A DNA stretch of 30,642 nt from Candidatus Cloacimonadota bacterium (lineage in GTDB: Bacteria; Cloacimonadota; Cloacimonadia; Cloacimonadales; TCS61). The stretch is from the NCBI GenBank assembly GCA_030668345.1, contig DAOUUD010000001.1, forward strand, positions 1 to 30,642, given 5' to 3'. Each line of letters begins with the position of its first letter. The first letter of the stretch is position 1. Position numbers and translations under genes: made by a program. The notes below the pieces were generated by a model. The model saw nothing but the letters and a program-made list of their open reading frames with translations. It had not been told where the DNA came from and ran no database searches. Positions 1 to 9,292 of this stretch are shown one piece after another.

Positions 1-1949
1 CAGAAACTAACCAGGAATAAAGCGATGAGATACCATTTTTTATAAACCGGAATTTCCGCTCTTTTCTTGAATGATATAAGTTGAGCTTCAGGAAATTCAA
101 ATTCAGTTATATCTTCGGGATAAAAATGCTTCCCATTTGTCTGATCCGAAATATAAGCAAGAAGCGATGTATTAAAACCTGTGTCCCTGCTTTCAGGATC
201 ATCGGCAGTTACCATGAATTCACCTTCTGTTTCCAGCCCGGTTCGTTCATCCCGGATTTTAAATGAATAGTTTCCCGATGGAAGAAACCTAATTTCACAT
301 TGGTATACATCTTCCTTGGCCAAGAGGAATTCCTCAAAAACTTTATCGTGTTTTTTATCGAATACTGTAAGCTTTGCATTCAGATCGTAAATGGAGGATA
401 GCGTCTCATCGTAAGCTGTTAAGTTGACTGTAATTTTCTCTCCGCTGAAATACGATGTCTTATTTGTTCGAGCAAAAAAACGTTCGGAACTTTCCCTGCT
501 AAGCCACGATATAATATTAGAAATAAATTGATTATATTTATTTTCCTTTTCCCACAATTGCCATTTCCAGAGGTTTAGGAAAGCTAACTGGAGTACTTTC
601 CCCTTCTCATAATTCATAAAAAGTATGGCAGGATTGCGTTCTTCATTTTCTATTTTTGCTAATATTTTTGCCTGGAGTTTTGGTTTCACAAAATAGTAAT
701 TTACAGGTGGAATGTTACTTCGGACTTTCTCCAGGTTAAATGTTTCATATCTTTTACTTTCATCAGTAAAAGAAAAGGTCGATTCGAATGTTGTTCTGAA
801 ACCGTAATCTGTTGCCGGTAAAATCTCGGAGATCTCTTTCGGTGGCTTACCCATCAGGAATAATCCTCCACCTTGTTTAACAAAGTTCTTTATAATTTCT
901 GCTTCAGCCGTGGTGAATTGCAATGAATTGTTATTTATAAGGATAAGCATTACGGTTTCCTGTATCTCATCTTTCAAAGATACTTGTTGTCTTATCTTTT
1001 TTAAAGTTTTTTCTTTAAGAAGAAAGGAATGCTCCCAGTGTGGATTTTGCTGAATTGCATCGATCATAAATTTTGCATCCCATCCCGGTTTATCTGAAAT
1101 TATGGTGATACGGGAACGTTCCCTCAAAACCTGAATTGCTCCGGTATATTTGTTATTCGCGGGATTTTTCTCATTTGTCGAATCCGAACTTACAACCACT
1201 TCAAATGATCTCATACCAGTTTCGTTGAAAGAAATTTCAAAAAACTCCTGCAGAAAATCAGTGTCGCGAAATTCAATTTTCTTTGCTTTATTTTTTTTGT
1301 TATTAATAAATAGTTCTACTTGAGCATTTCCATTGAAATTGGTGGATGAGAGATTTACTTCGATAGGGGTCAAGTCATTCCGGTAAACGGTTTTATTGTA
1401 ACGCAGGCTGGTTATTTCAAGATCAAAATCGTTAATCTTAAAATCGGGAACAACAGTATAAATTGGAATATTAAGAGCAATAATAGATTCCAGACTTTCA
1501 TCCTTTAACCAGCCATCGGAAAAAAGAAAAATCGCCTGAATATCTTCCAGATTCTGCTTTTGGGTTATTTCCTGCAAAGCAGGTGTCAATCTTGTAGTAT
1601 TTTTTCCAGGTTCTCCGGCAAAATCATAATTAACGATATCGTATTTCCCGGAGCGGATCTCAGTTCTCACTATTTCCCGAAAATCCTGTAAAGCATCTGT
1701 TTTACTAATATCTCCGCTTTCCTGGTTCATGCTGTCGGAAATATCATTCAGCATTATTACTTTAGGTCGGCTGATGGAATGTTTTATATAAAAGAGAACG
1801 GGATTGAAAAGCAGGATCAAAATAACAATTATTGCAAGCGATCTGAGTACGATCAGCAGTTTTTTTCTCCAGCCGTAAAGCTGTGGAACAGTATTTCTAT
1901 AAAAATAAAATATTAAAAGTACTGCTAAAGCTATCAATAAAAATATCAT
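1..1949 (-). CDS. vWA-domain membrane protein, about 649 codons visible, 3' end runs off the window
   Basis: Not in the ORF track. ATG at 1949, 3 nt after the radical SAM stop. My translation begins MIFLLIALAVLLIFYFYRNTVP and has two N-terminal hydrophobic segments. MIDAS-like NDISDSM (DxSxS), TTRLTPAL and IFLFSDG follow, then Ig-like and glutamine-amidotransferase-like regions and a C-terminal hydrophobic KKWYLIALFLVSF at the edge. Frame spot-checked open at several points. Confidence 0.8.
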   Translation of the reverse strand, partial: MIFLLIALAVLLIFYFYRNTVPQLYGWRKKLLIVLRSLAIIVILILLFNPVLFYIKHSISRPKVIMLNDISDSMNQESGDISKTDALQDFREIVRTEIRSGKYDIVNYDFAGEPGKNTTRLTPALQEITQKQNLEDIQAIFLFSDGWLKDESLESIIALNIPIYTVVPDFKINDFDLEITSLRYNKTVYRNDLTPIEVNLSSTNFNGNAQVELFINNKKNKAKKIEFRDTDFLQEFFEISFNETGMRSFEVVVSSDSTNEKNPANNKYTGAIQVLRERSRITIISDKPGWDAKFMIDAIQQNPHWEHSFLLKEKTLKKIRQQVSLKDEIQETVMLILINNNSLQFTTAEAEIIKNFVKQGGGLFLMGKPPKEISEILPATDYGFRTTFESTFSFTDESKRYETFNLEKVRSNIPPVNYYFVKPKLQAKILAKIENEERNPAILFMNYEKGKVLQLAFLNLWKWQLWEKENKYNQFISNIISWLSRESSERFFARTNKTSYFSGEKITVNLTAYDETLSSIYDLNAKLTVFDKKHDKVFEEFLLAKEDVYQCEIRFLPSGNYSFKIRDERTGLETEGEFMVTADDPESRDTGFNTSLLAYISDQTNGKHFYPEDITEFEFPEAQLISFKKRAEIPVYKKWYLIALFLVSF

Positions 1950-1952
1950 TGT

Positions 1953-2936
1953 TTACCAATACTCCAACGGCGGAATTTCTGTGAATAAAAATTTGGATTT
2001 TTCAATTTTGTTATCGATTATTATGGGTAGTTTATCCAGTTTCAATTCGAGCTTTAGTGATTTGAGCATGTTTGATTTGAAGCCTTTGAACAATGAAATA
2101 TCCGAGCTTGAGATTATAAGTGTTCTGGATTTATAGTTCTTTATAATATTCTTTTTTAGAATCTCAGCACGAACCAGTTCACCAAATGATCGGTGGTAAG
2201 GACCGGCAACTATATCTTCTTCCTTTATATCGGAATGAAGACCGATCTTGATCACCCGAATCCCTTTTTGTTCAAACTCACGCAGCATACCTGATACTAT
2301 TTCAACGGCTTCATTCAACTTGAGTGGAGTGTATTTTCCCGACAGAAACCAATTTTCTAACTTTGTTCTTTTTAGAATGATTGTGGGATAGATCCTTACA
2401 AAGTGGGGGGAGAGTTTTTTTGTAAGATTAATCGAGTTTTCCAATGATCGCCGGCAAAACCCGGGAAGACCGGGCATCAATTGAATTCCCAATTGAAACT
2501 TATGCTCTTTTACCAATTTGCAGGCATTTATTGCAGTTTCGGAATTATATCCTCTTAATGATTTTTTTAGTACTTCATCATCAAAACTTTGAATACCAAG
2601 TTCAATAGTTCGAACATTGTTCTCTTTACAAAAAATCAGCACCTCCGGGTCGATTGAATCTGGTCTGGTGGAAATTCTAATACCGGAGATGTGGTTCCTG
2701 AATTTATTGGCAATATCAAGATATTTTTGTTGAGATGGTTTTGTCAGGCTGGTGAAAGTTCCTCCGAAGAAAGCGATCTCTTTTTCTTCAGATATGTTTT
2801 TTCTACAAAAAGCTGTAATCTCTGTTTCTATCTTTTCTATATCTGGAAGCTTGCTGCGGGTAATGGAGTGCTGGTTACAGTAAATACATTGGTAAGGACA
2901 TCCCTGGTGAGGAATAAAAACAGGAAAGATATTCAT
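1953..2936 (-). CDS. Radical SAM protein, Elp3/YhcC-like family, no acetyltransferase domain
   Basis: IPHQGCPYQCIYCNQ (CxxxCxxC), FFGGTFT, ISTRPD, IELGIQS and RIYPT motifs; directly downstream of rnc. Confidence 0.85.
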   Translation of the reverse strand: MNIFPVFIPHQGCPYQCIYCNQHSITRSKLPDIEKIETEITAFCRKNISEEKEIAFFGGTFTSLTKPSQQKYLDIANKFRNHISGIRISTRPDSIDPEVLIFCKENNVRTIELGIQSFDDEVLKKSLRGYNSETAINACKLVKEHKFQLGIQLMPGLPGFCRRSLENSINLTKKLSPHFVRIYPTIILKRTKLENWFLSGKYTPLKLNEAVEIVSGMLREFEQKGIRVIKIGLHSDIKEEDIVAGPYHRSFGELVRAEILKKNIIKNYKSRTLIISSSDISLFKGFKSNMLKSLKLELKLDKLPIIIDNKIEKSKFLFTEIPPLEYW

Positions 2937-2963
2937 AGTGATTTAACCTGAAAATTCTGATTA

Positions 2964-3692
2964 TTAATTCAGTTGATTGCAAGCTTCTCTGGCGGCATTT
3001 TGTTGTGCTTCTTTTTTGTTACCACCCTTTCCACTTCCGTAGACTTTATTGTTTATCAACACTTCGACAGTAAATATTTTTTCGTGTTCGGGTCCCATTT
3101 CGCTGATTATTTTATAATACGGTATTTCATGAAATTCTGCCTGAGTGTATTCCTGGAGTTTGCTTTTATAATCGATAAGTTCATCGCTTTTAACGTATCT
3201 ATCTACATCTTTCAGAATAAACATCTTTATGAATTTCCGCACTTCTTCCAGGTTGCCATCCAGGTAGATTGCACTGATAATTGCTTCCATGCTATCTGCC
3301 AGGATAGAATCGAGACCACCACTATTGGCAGCTTCAGAACTGGTAAGAATGAATTCATGCAAATCGAACTGTTTGGCTTTTAAAGCTAACATTTTTTTTG
3401 AAACTATCTTTGATTTGAGTTTGGAAAGTTCACCTTCGCTGTAATTGGGATACTTCAGGAAAAGTTCTTCCGAAATTATTAATCCTAAAATGGCATCTCC
3501 CAGAAATTCCATTCTCTCAAAAGGGGAATATCCTTTATTCCCGGTGGGTAGTGATGTATGAGAAAGAGCTGCTGTTAACAACGGGAGATTTTGAAAATAA
3601 TAACCGATCTTTTCCTGTAGGATCTTAAATTTGGGATTTTTTTCTTTTCTAACAGAAAACTGATTTACTAAGTTATATATGATTTTTTTCAA
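2964..3692 (-). CDS. rnc: Ribonuclease III
   Basis: Signature ERMEFLGDAILG, ADSMEAIISAIYLD and C-terminal dsRBD (DYKSKLQEYTQ...GKGGNKKEAQQNAA). The track start at 3737 overlaps fabF and a terminator, so TTG at 3692 is more plausible; the start is uncertain. Confidence 0.95.
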   Translation of the reverse strand: MKKIIYNLVNQFSVRKEKNPKFKILQEKIGYYFQNLPLLTAALSHTSLPTGNKGYSPFERMEFLGDAILGLIISEELFLKYPNYSEGELSKLKSKIVSKKMLALKAKQFDLHEFILTSSEAANSGGLDSILADSMEAIISAIYLDGNLEEVRKFIKMFILKDVDRYVKSDELIDYKSKLQEYTQAEFHEIPYYKIISEMGPEHEKIFTVEVLINNKVYGSGKGGNKKEAQQNAAREACNQLN

Positions 3693-3695
3693 AAC

Positions 3696-3721
3696 AAAAA
3701 AAGACGGGGCTGGTGCCCCGC
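3696..3721 (-). terminator. Intrinsic terminator after fabF
   Basis: Minus strand reads CGGGGC-ACCA-GCCCCG-TC-TTTTTTT: a 6-bp all-GC stem plus a U tract, just after the fabF stop. Confidence 0.8.
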
Positions 3722-3726
3722 TTAAT

Positions 3727-4974
3727 TTAATTAACAAATTTCTTGAAAATTAATACACCATTGTGCCCACCAAAACCAAGAGAATTACTTAAAGCATAAT
3801 TCACTTTATATTCAATGGCTTTGTTGGGGACATAATCAAGATCACATTGCGGGTCAGGATGTTCTTGATTTGTGGTTGGATGGATCTTGCCAGTTTCGAT
3901 ACTTTTACAACAAGCTAACGCTTCAACTGCTGCAGCTGCTCCCAAAGTGTGTCCAACCATCGATTTAGTAGAACTGATCTTTAACTTGTATGCGTGATCA
4001 CCGAAAATGGTTTTAATGGCTGCTGTTTCGTTGGGATCATTCAGGGGAGTAGAAGTACCGTGTGCATTAATATAATCAATTTGATCGGGACTGATATCGG
4101 CATCTTCGATTGCCATTTTCATAGCTCGTGCACCACCTTCTCCGTTTTCTGCGGGAGCAGTAATATGGAAAGCATCACAAGTTGCGCCATATCCCGTAAC
4201 TTCAGCATAGATCTTTGCACCACGTTTCAAAGCATGCTCCATTTCTTCAAAAACAAGAACGCCGGACCCTTCTGCCATAATAAATCCATCTCTTTCCTTA
4301 TCGAATGGACGACAGGCTTTCTGCGGTTCATCATTTCTGGTACTGAGAGCTCTCATAGCGCAAAAACCAGCCACAGAAAGGGCTGTTACAGAAGCTTCCG
4401 AACCTCCGGTAAGCATAATGTTGGCATCTCCATATTGAATCGTTCGATAGGCAGTACCCATTGCGTGATTTGCAGAAGCACAAGCTGAAGATATGTTAAA
4501 GTTCAAACCTCTGAAATTATATTCAATGGCAACTTCAGCGGAGGCAATATTAGCAATCATTTTTGGAATGAAAAAAGGACTGATCCTTTTAGGTCCTTTA
4601 AGTGTCATTTTACTTGCTTCAGATTCAAAAGTTTCCATTCCTCCAATTCCTGTAGCGATGATAACTCCCGCACGATCGTGATCGAATTCAGCATTAATCA
4701 AACCTGAATCTTCCATTGCCTGTTTAGCAGAAATAAGTGCAAATTGTGAATATTTATCTACTTTTTTAAGTCTTTTATAATCGAAATATTGTGTCATATC
4801 AAGATTCTTAACTTCTCCTGCTATCTGGCTGGAAAATTCGTCTGTAACTTCAAAGTTCTTTATAAGTTCTATTCCCGATTTTCCTGCCAGCAGATTTTCC
4901 CAGGTTTCATTAACGCTGTGCCCAATGGCGTTCAATGTGCCCATACCTGTAATTACAACTCTTCTTTTATTCAT
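3727..4974 (-). CDS. fabF: 3-oxoacyl-ACP synthase II
   Basis: ACASANHA (catalytic Cys), NAHGTST and GHTLGAA (His-His), SNSLGFGGHN; GAGAGG SD upstream. Confidence 0.97.
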   Translation of the reverse strand: MNKRRVVITGMGTLNAIGHSVNETWENLLAGKSGIELIKNFEVTDEFSSQIAGEVKNLDMTQYFDYKRLKKVDKYSQFALISAKQAMEDSGLINAEFDHDRAGVIIATGIGGMETFESEASKMTLKGPKRISPFFIPKMIANIASAEVAIEYNFRGLNFNISSACASANHAMGTAYRTIQYGDANIMLTGGSEASVTALSVAGFCAMRALSTRNDEPQKACRPFDKERDGFIMAEGSGVLVFEEMEHALKRGAKIYAEVTGYGATCDAFHITAPAENGEGGARAMKMAIEDADISPDQIDYINAHGTSTPLNDPNETAAIKTIFGDHAYKLKISSTKSMVGHTLGAAAAVEALACCKSIETGKIHPTTNQEHPDPQCDLDYVPNKAIEYKVNYALSNSLGFGGHNGVLIFKKFVN

Positions 4975-4989
4975 TAAAACCTCTCGTTA

Positions 4990-5053
4990 GGATAATTTGA
5001 TATAATTATGGTGGGGTCAAAAAAATCCCCCACCATAATTGATATTATTATCC
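4990..5053 (-). other. Long inverted repeat / RNA hairpin between acpP and fabF
   Basis: AATTATGGTGGGG (5004-5016) pairs perfectly with CCCCACCATAATT (5028-5040). Outer GGATAAT (4990-4996) pairs with ATTATCC (5047-5053) across an internal loop. No U tract follows. Confidence 0.75.
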
Positions 5054-5281
5054 AAGCTTTTGTTTAAGATATTCGATAGCTTTGCCAACTGTAGTCAGCT
5101 TTTCTGCTTCTTCGTCAGCAATGTCGATATCGAATTCTTCTTCGAATTTCATGATAAGTTCAACAGTATCGAGAGAGTCAGCTCCCAGATCTTCAATGAA
5201 GCTGGCTTCTGGAGTAACTTCACTTTCTTCCACACCGAGTTCTTCAACGATAATTTCTTTTACTTTTGCAATAATGTCCAT
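5048..5281 (-). CDS. acpP: Acyl carrier protein
   Basis: [11 protein letters not shown] phosphopantetheine site; strong AGGAGG SD. Confidence 0.98.
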   Translation of the reverse strand: MDIIAKVKEIIVEELGVEESEVTPEASFIEDLGADSLDTVELIMKFEEEFDIDIADEEAEKLTTVGKAIEYLKQKLG

Positions 5282-5301
5282 TATTTCCTCCTATTTATTG
5301 G

Positions 5302-6042
5302 TTACATTACTAAGCCACCATCTACATTGATGGTTTGACCTGTTATATATTTTGCTTCGTTTGAAGCTAAAAACACACATAAATTAGCAACATCTTTCAC
5401 CGTTCCCATGCAAGAAAGAGGAATTGCTGCTAAATATTTGTCAACAACTTCTTTTGGTAGTTTATCCGTCATCTCCGTTTGAATGAAGCCTGGAGCAATT
5501 GCGTTAACGCGAATATTTCTGCTGGCGAATTCTTTGGCTGCTGATTTGGTTAAGGCAATTATTCCACCTTTGGAAGCAGCATAGTTTGCTTGACCGGGGT
5601 TTCCCATAATTCCAATAATAGAAGATATGTTTATGATTACCCCGGATTTTTGTTTCAGCATAAATCTGCTGACTTTCTGGATACAATTAAAAGTACCTTT
5701 CAAATTGACATTTATCACAACATCCCAGTCCGCTTCTTTCATTTTCATAAGAAGATCATCTTTGGTAATGCCGGCATTATTCACCAATATGTCTATCTTG
5801 TCGAATTTTGAATGGATATCTTTAAAAACTATGCCCAGGTTTTCGGAGTCTGTTACATCACAGGCATAACCAATAGCTTTGAAACCAGCATCATCGATTT
5901 TCTGCACTGCGAAGTCCACATCGTCTTTGTTAAGGTCGATAATTACAGATAAAGCTCCATTTTGAGCTAATGTTTCTGCAATGGCAAAACCAATGCCACG
6001 TGCAGCACCTGTTATGATAGCAACCTTATCTTTCAATTTCAT
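5302..6042 (-). CDS. fabG: 3-oxoacyl-ACP reductase
   Basis: TGAARGIG, NNAGITKD, YAASK (YxxxK), VNAIAPGFI. Confidence 0.97.
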   Translation of the reverse strand: MKLKDKVAIITGAARGIGFAIAETLAQNGALSVIIDLNKDDVDFAVQKIDDAGFKAIGYACDVTDSENLGIVFKDIHSKFDKIDILVNNAGITKDDLLMKMKEADWDVVINVNLKGTFNCIQKVSRFMLKQKSGVIINISSIIGIMGNPGQANYAASKGGIIALTKSAAKEFASRNIRVNAIAPGFIQTEMTDKLPKEVVDKYLAAIPLSCMGTVKDVANLCVFLASNEAKYITGQTINVDGGLVM

Positions 6043-6983
6043 TATAAATTCCCCAATTCCTGCTTCACACTATTAAAAGTTTCCAATGTGTCTATGCTTA
6101 TAACATTCACATTTCTGTCAATTTTTTTAAGCATTCCAGCAAGTACTTTTTTAGGTCCAAATTCTATGAATGTATTTACCCCATTGTCGATCATAAATTT
6201 TATACATTCTACCCAGCGAACGGAAGAAGTTACCTGCTCTGCCAGATTTTTTCTGATTTTTTCAGGTTCGGTGGCTGGTTTTGCATCCACGTTTGCAATT
6301 ACAGGGATATTGGTAGAATTAAAATTTATCTTTTCCATTTCTTCTGCCAGCCAGGTTTTAGCCCTTTCAATTAAAGGAGAGTGAAAGGGTCCTCCAACAA
6401 CAAGCGGTATAACTCTTTGTGCACCTTTTTCCTGAGCTATTTCACAAGCTTTTTCCACACCGGCTTTTGAACCAGAGATCACGGTTTGAACCGGTGTATT
6501 GAAATTAGCAGCGATCACTATTCCAGTCGAAGAAGCTTCGTCACAAATATTCTTTACAGTAATAGAATCAAGCCCGATTATCGCAGCCATGGCAAAGGGT
6601 TTTCCATCGTTTGCCTGGATCATGAACTCTCCACGTTTATGAACCAGGTACATGGCATCTTCAAAACCAAGAACACCATTTGCAACCAGGGCAGAGAATT
6701 CACCCAATGAATGTCCTGCCACATAATCTGGTTTTATATCGAACTCGTTAAGAACTGTTTTCATGGCTGCAATACTATGAAAGAGTATTGCTGGTTGAGT
6801 GAATTTTGTTTCTTTTAATTGTTCTTCAGGACCTTCACGCATTATATTGAAAAGTTCAGTTCCATTTTTTTTATCAAATCTTTGCAGGATGTCTTTAAAT
6901 TCCGGATTGTTCTCTGCAAAATCCATTGCCATTCCCACATATTGGGCACCCTGTCCCGGAAATATAAAAGCTATTTTTTCCAT
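6042..6983 (-). CDS. fabD: Malonyl-CoA:ACP transacylase
   Basis: FPGQGAQ, GHSLGE (nucleophile Ser), GGPFHS, SSVRW. Confidence 0.97.
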   Translation of the reverse strand: MEKIAFIFPGQGAQYVGMAMDFAENNPEFKDILQRFDKKNGTELFNIMREGPEEQLKETKFTQPAILFHSIAAMKTVLNEFDIKPDYVAGHSLGEFSALVANGVLGFEDAMYLVHKRGEFMIQANDGKPFAMAAIIGLDSITVKNICDEASSTGIVIAANFNTPVQTVISGSKAGVEKACEIAQEKGAQRVIPLVVGGPFHSPLIERAKTWLAEEMEKINFNSTNIPVIANVDAKPATEPEKIRKNLAEQVTSSVRWVECIKFMIDNGVNTFIEFGPKKVLAGMLKKIDRNVNVISIDTLETFNSVKQELGNL

Positions 6984-6996
6984 TTTTACCTCATGA

Positions 6997-7992
6997 TCAT
7001 AATCTTATCAGCAAACTGCCAGAAGTTAAACCAGCACCGAAAGATGCCATTAGAATTAGGTCTCCATGCCTGATCTTTCCACTTCTAATAGCTTCATCTA
7101 AAGCAATCGGAATGGTTGCTGAAGATGTGTTGCCATATTTCTCAATATTAACGATTACTTTATTGGAATCAATTCTCATCTTTCTTCCGAGGGCTTCAAT
7201 AATTCTCATATTGGCCTGATGGGTAATTAACCAGTCGATGGAAGTAACATCCAGTTTGTTTCTTTTCATAACGATGTCACACATTGAATCCATAGATTTC
7301 ACAGCGAATTTAAATATCTTATTTCCTTCCATATAACATGTGTGAAGATTTTTTTTCACAGATTCTTTGGAAGCAGGCATTCTGGAACCGCCAGCCTCTT
7401 GAATGAGAAGTTCATAATGTGTTCCATCTGCAGTTATTTCGGAATCGATAATTCGGGAAATGTCTTTGGATTCAGCGCGTGAAATAATAGTGGCACCAGC
7501 TCCATCTCCAAATAAAATACAGGTATTACGATCATTATAATTCGTGATTTTTGTCAGGATCTCAACTCCCACAACCAAGATATTTTTTGCCACTCCGTTT
7601 TCTACAAACTGTTTGGCAATGTTAGCGGAATAAAGCCAACCTGGACAACCAGCCGAGACATCGAATGCCGGGAAATTTTTTAACCCTAATTTTTTTTGGA
7701 GAATGCAGGCTGTTGATGGAAAAGGATGATCTCCTGAAATAGTGCCAACGATGATCATATCAAGGTCTTTGGGTTTCAAATTTGCAGCTTCCAAAGCTTT
7801 CAAAGAAGCGGGATACGCCAGATCAGATGCTGCCTGGTCTTCTGTAACAACATGTCTTTCAACCATTCCAGTTCGAGTTCGGATCCATTCATCTGTAGTA
7901 TCGATCATTTTTTCAAGATCAAAATTTGTGAGTATTTTATCCGGGACATAATGACCGGTTCCTGAAATTTTAGCATTGTATTTGGCTATCAT
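6997..7992 (-). CDS. fabH: 3-oxoacyl-ACP synthase III
   Basis: SAGCPGW (Cys), THQAN (His), YGNTSSA (Asn). Start moved to ATG at 7992 (MIAKYN), which has a GAGAGG SD. Confidence 0.96.
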   Translation of the reverse strand: MIAKYNAKISGTGHYVPDKILTNFDLEKMIDTTDEWIRTRTGMVERHVVTEDQAASDLAYPASLKALEAANLKPKDLDMIIVGTISGDHPFPSTACILQKKLGLKNFPAFDVSAGCPGWLYSANIAKQFVENGVAKNILVVGVEILTKITNYNDRNTCILFGDGAGATIISRAESKDISRIIDSEITADGTHYELLIQEAGGSRMPASKESVKKNLHTCYMEGNKIFKFAVKSMDSMCDIVMKRNKLDVTSIDWLITHQANMRIIEALGRKMRIDSNKVIVNIEKYGNTSSATIPIALDEAIRSGKIRHGDLILMASFGAGLTSGSLLIRL

Positions 7993-7993
7993 T

Positions 7994-8989
7994 TTATAAC
8001 CTCTCAAAATATTCTTTAGTATGTTTTATAAAACCAGACGAAGCGATCCTGGAAGCCAGTTTAACAGCATTTTTTATTGCTTTGGCTCCAGATCTTCCGT
8101 GTGAAACAATAGAAATTCCATTTAATCCAACCAGCAATGCTCCACCATATTCTTCGTGATTCATTTTCCTTTTTAGATATGAATAGACTGGGTAAGAAAG
8201 CAATGTGCCAAAAACGGCGACCCAGTCTTTTTTTATTTGCTCTTTCATTATCGAAAAAATTGAATAAGCAACACCTTCGACAGTTTTAACCATAACGTTT
8301 CCAACGAAACCATCACATACCACCACATCTGCAATTCCCTTTAAAAGGTCTTTCCCTTCGATATTTCCTACAAAATTGATATCTTTAAATTCTTTTAATT
8401 TGCTATATGCAGCTTTTGTTAATTCATTACCCTTTGTCTCTTCTTCACCAATATTCAATAGTGCTACTTTCGGTTTGTCGGTTTTGAAGAAGAATTTATA
8501 ATAAAGACTTCCGAGTTTGGCAAACTGTACAAGGTTTTCTGGTGAACAGTCAACATTAGCTCCCACATCCAGGATTATTTCAGGATAAGATTGTGTGGGA
8601 AAAGAGGTAGCAATTGCGGGACGTAAGATGTTTTTTATTCTGCCATAACCCCAAAGAGATGCAGCCATAACTGCTCCTGTATTACCGGCACTCACCACAG
8701 CATCAACGGTTCCTTCTTTGTGAAGTTGAACTGCTCTTACTAAGGAAGAATCCGTTTTCTTTTTAACCACAGTAGCTGGAGCATCATTCATCGAGATTGT
8801 TTCAGATGCATGAACCACTTCTATTTTACTTTTATCATAAAAGAACTTATCCAGTTCCATTGTCAGGATGTCTGCTTTTCCGACAAGGTATATTTTGTCG
8901 CAAACATTCTCTTTAATTGCAAGAATTGCACCTTCCACTTCCGGGAAAGGTGCATTATCACTACCAAATGCATCAATTGCTATATGCAT
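7994..8989 (-). CDS. plsX: Phosphate acyltransferase PlsX
   Basis: IAIDAFGSD, VSAGNTGA, DVGAN, LLNIGEEETKG, DVVVCDGFVGN, SHGRS. Confidence 0.97.
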   Translation of the reverse strand: MHIAIDAFGSDNAPFPEVEGAILAIKENVCDKIYLVGKADILTMELDKFFYDKSKIEVVHASETISMNDAPATVVKKKTDSSLVRAVQLHKEGTVDAVVSAGNTGAVMAASLWGYGRIKNILRPAIATSFPTQSYPEIILDVGANVDCSPENLVQFAKLGSLYYKFFFKTDKPKVALLNIGEEETKGNELTKAAYSKLKEFKDINFVGNIEGKDLLKGIADVVVCDGFVGNVMVKTVEGVAYSIFSIMKEQIKKDWVAVFGTLLSYPVYSYLKRKMNHEEYGGALLVGLNGISIVSHGRSGAKAIKNAVKLASRIASSGFIKHTKEYFERL

Positions 8990-9017
8990 CTATATTTTCA
9001 GTGTTCAAGCTACAGGA

Positions 9018-9197
9018 TTATTCCTTAACTTCTAACACTTTTTTCCCATTATAATGACCGCAGTTTGAACATATATTATGTGGTCGGCATGGTTCGCTGC
9101 AATTTGAACAGGTGGCTACAGTTGGCATAGTAGCTTTATAATGTGTTCTCCTTTTATCCCGACGGGATTTAGATGTCTTTCTTTTAGGTACAGGCAT
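9018..9197 (-). CDS. rpmF: 50S ribosomal protein L32, zinc-ribbon (C+) type, 59 aa
   Basis: Not in the ORF track (too short). My translation: [67 protein letters not shown]; canonical position before plsX. Confidence 0.97.
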   Translation of the reverse strand: MPVPKRKTSKSRRDKRRTHYKATMPTVATCSNCSEPCRPHNICSNCGHYNGKKVLEVKE

Positions 9198-9264
9198 CTT
9201 TTCTCCTTTTATTTAACATCTTATAAATCAAATAATTATAACCATAATTATAATTTGAATAACA

Positions 9265-9292
9265 AAACTATTTTTACTTTTTCATGTGTCAA
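9265..9292 (-). promoter_or_regulatory. Putative sigma70-type promoter of the rpmF-fab operon
   Basis: TTGACA (9292-9287), 16-nt spacer, then TAGTTT (9270-9265). Confidence 0.55.

Noticed and set aside
81-266. 61-aa plus-strand ORF
   Set aside because: Antisense to the long open minus-strand vWA gene; no recognisable motifs.
3693-3737. Track N-terminal extension of rnc (MLIKLSGAPAPSFFV)
   Set aside because: It overlaps the fabF end and is simply the translation of the terminator hairpin.
2973-4977. Plus-strand ORFs 2973-3383, 3994-4488, 4493-4681 and 4789-4977
   Set aside because: Shadow frames of rnc and fabF with no SD or motifs.
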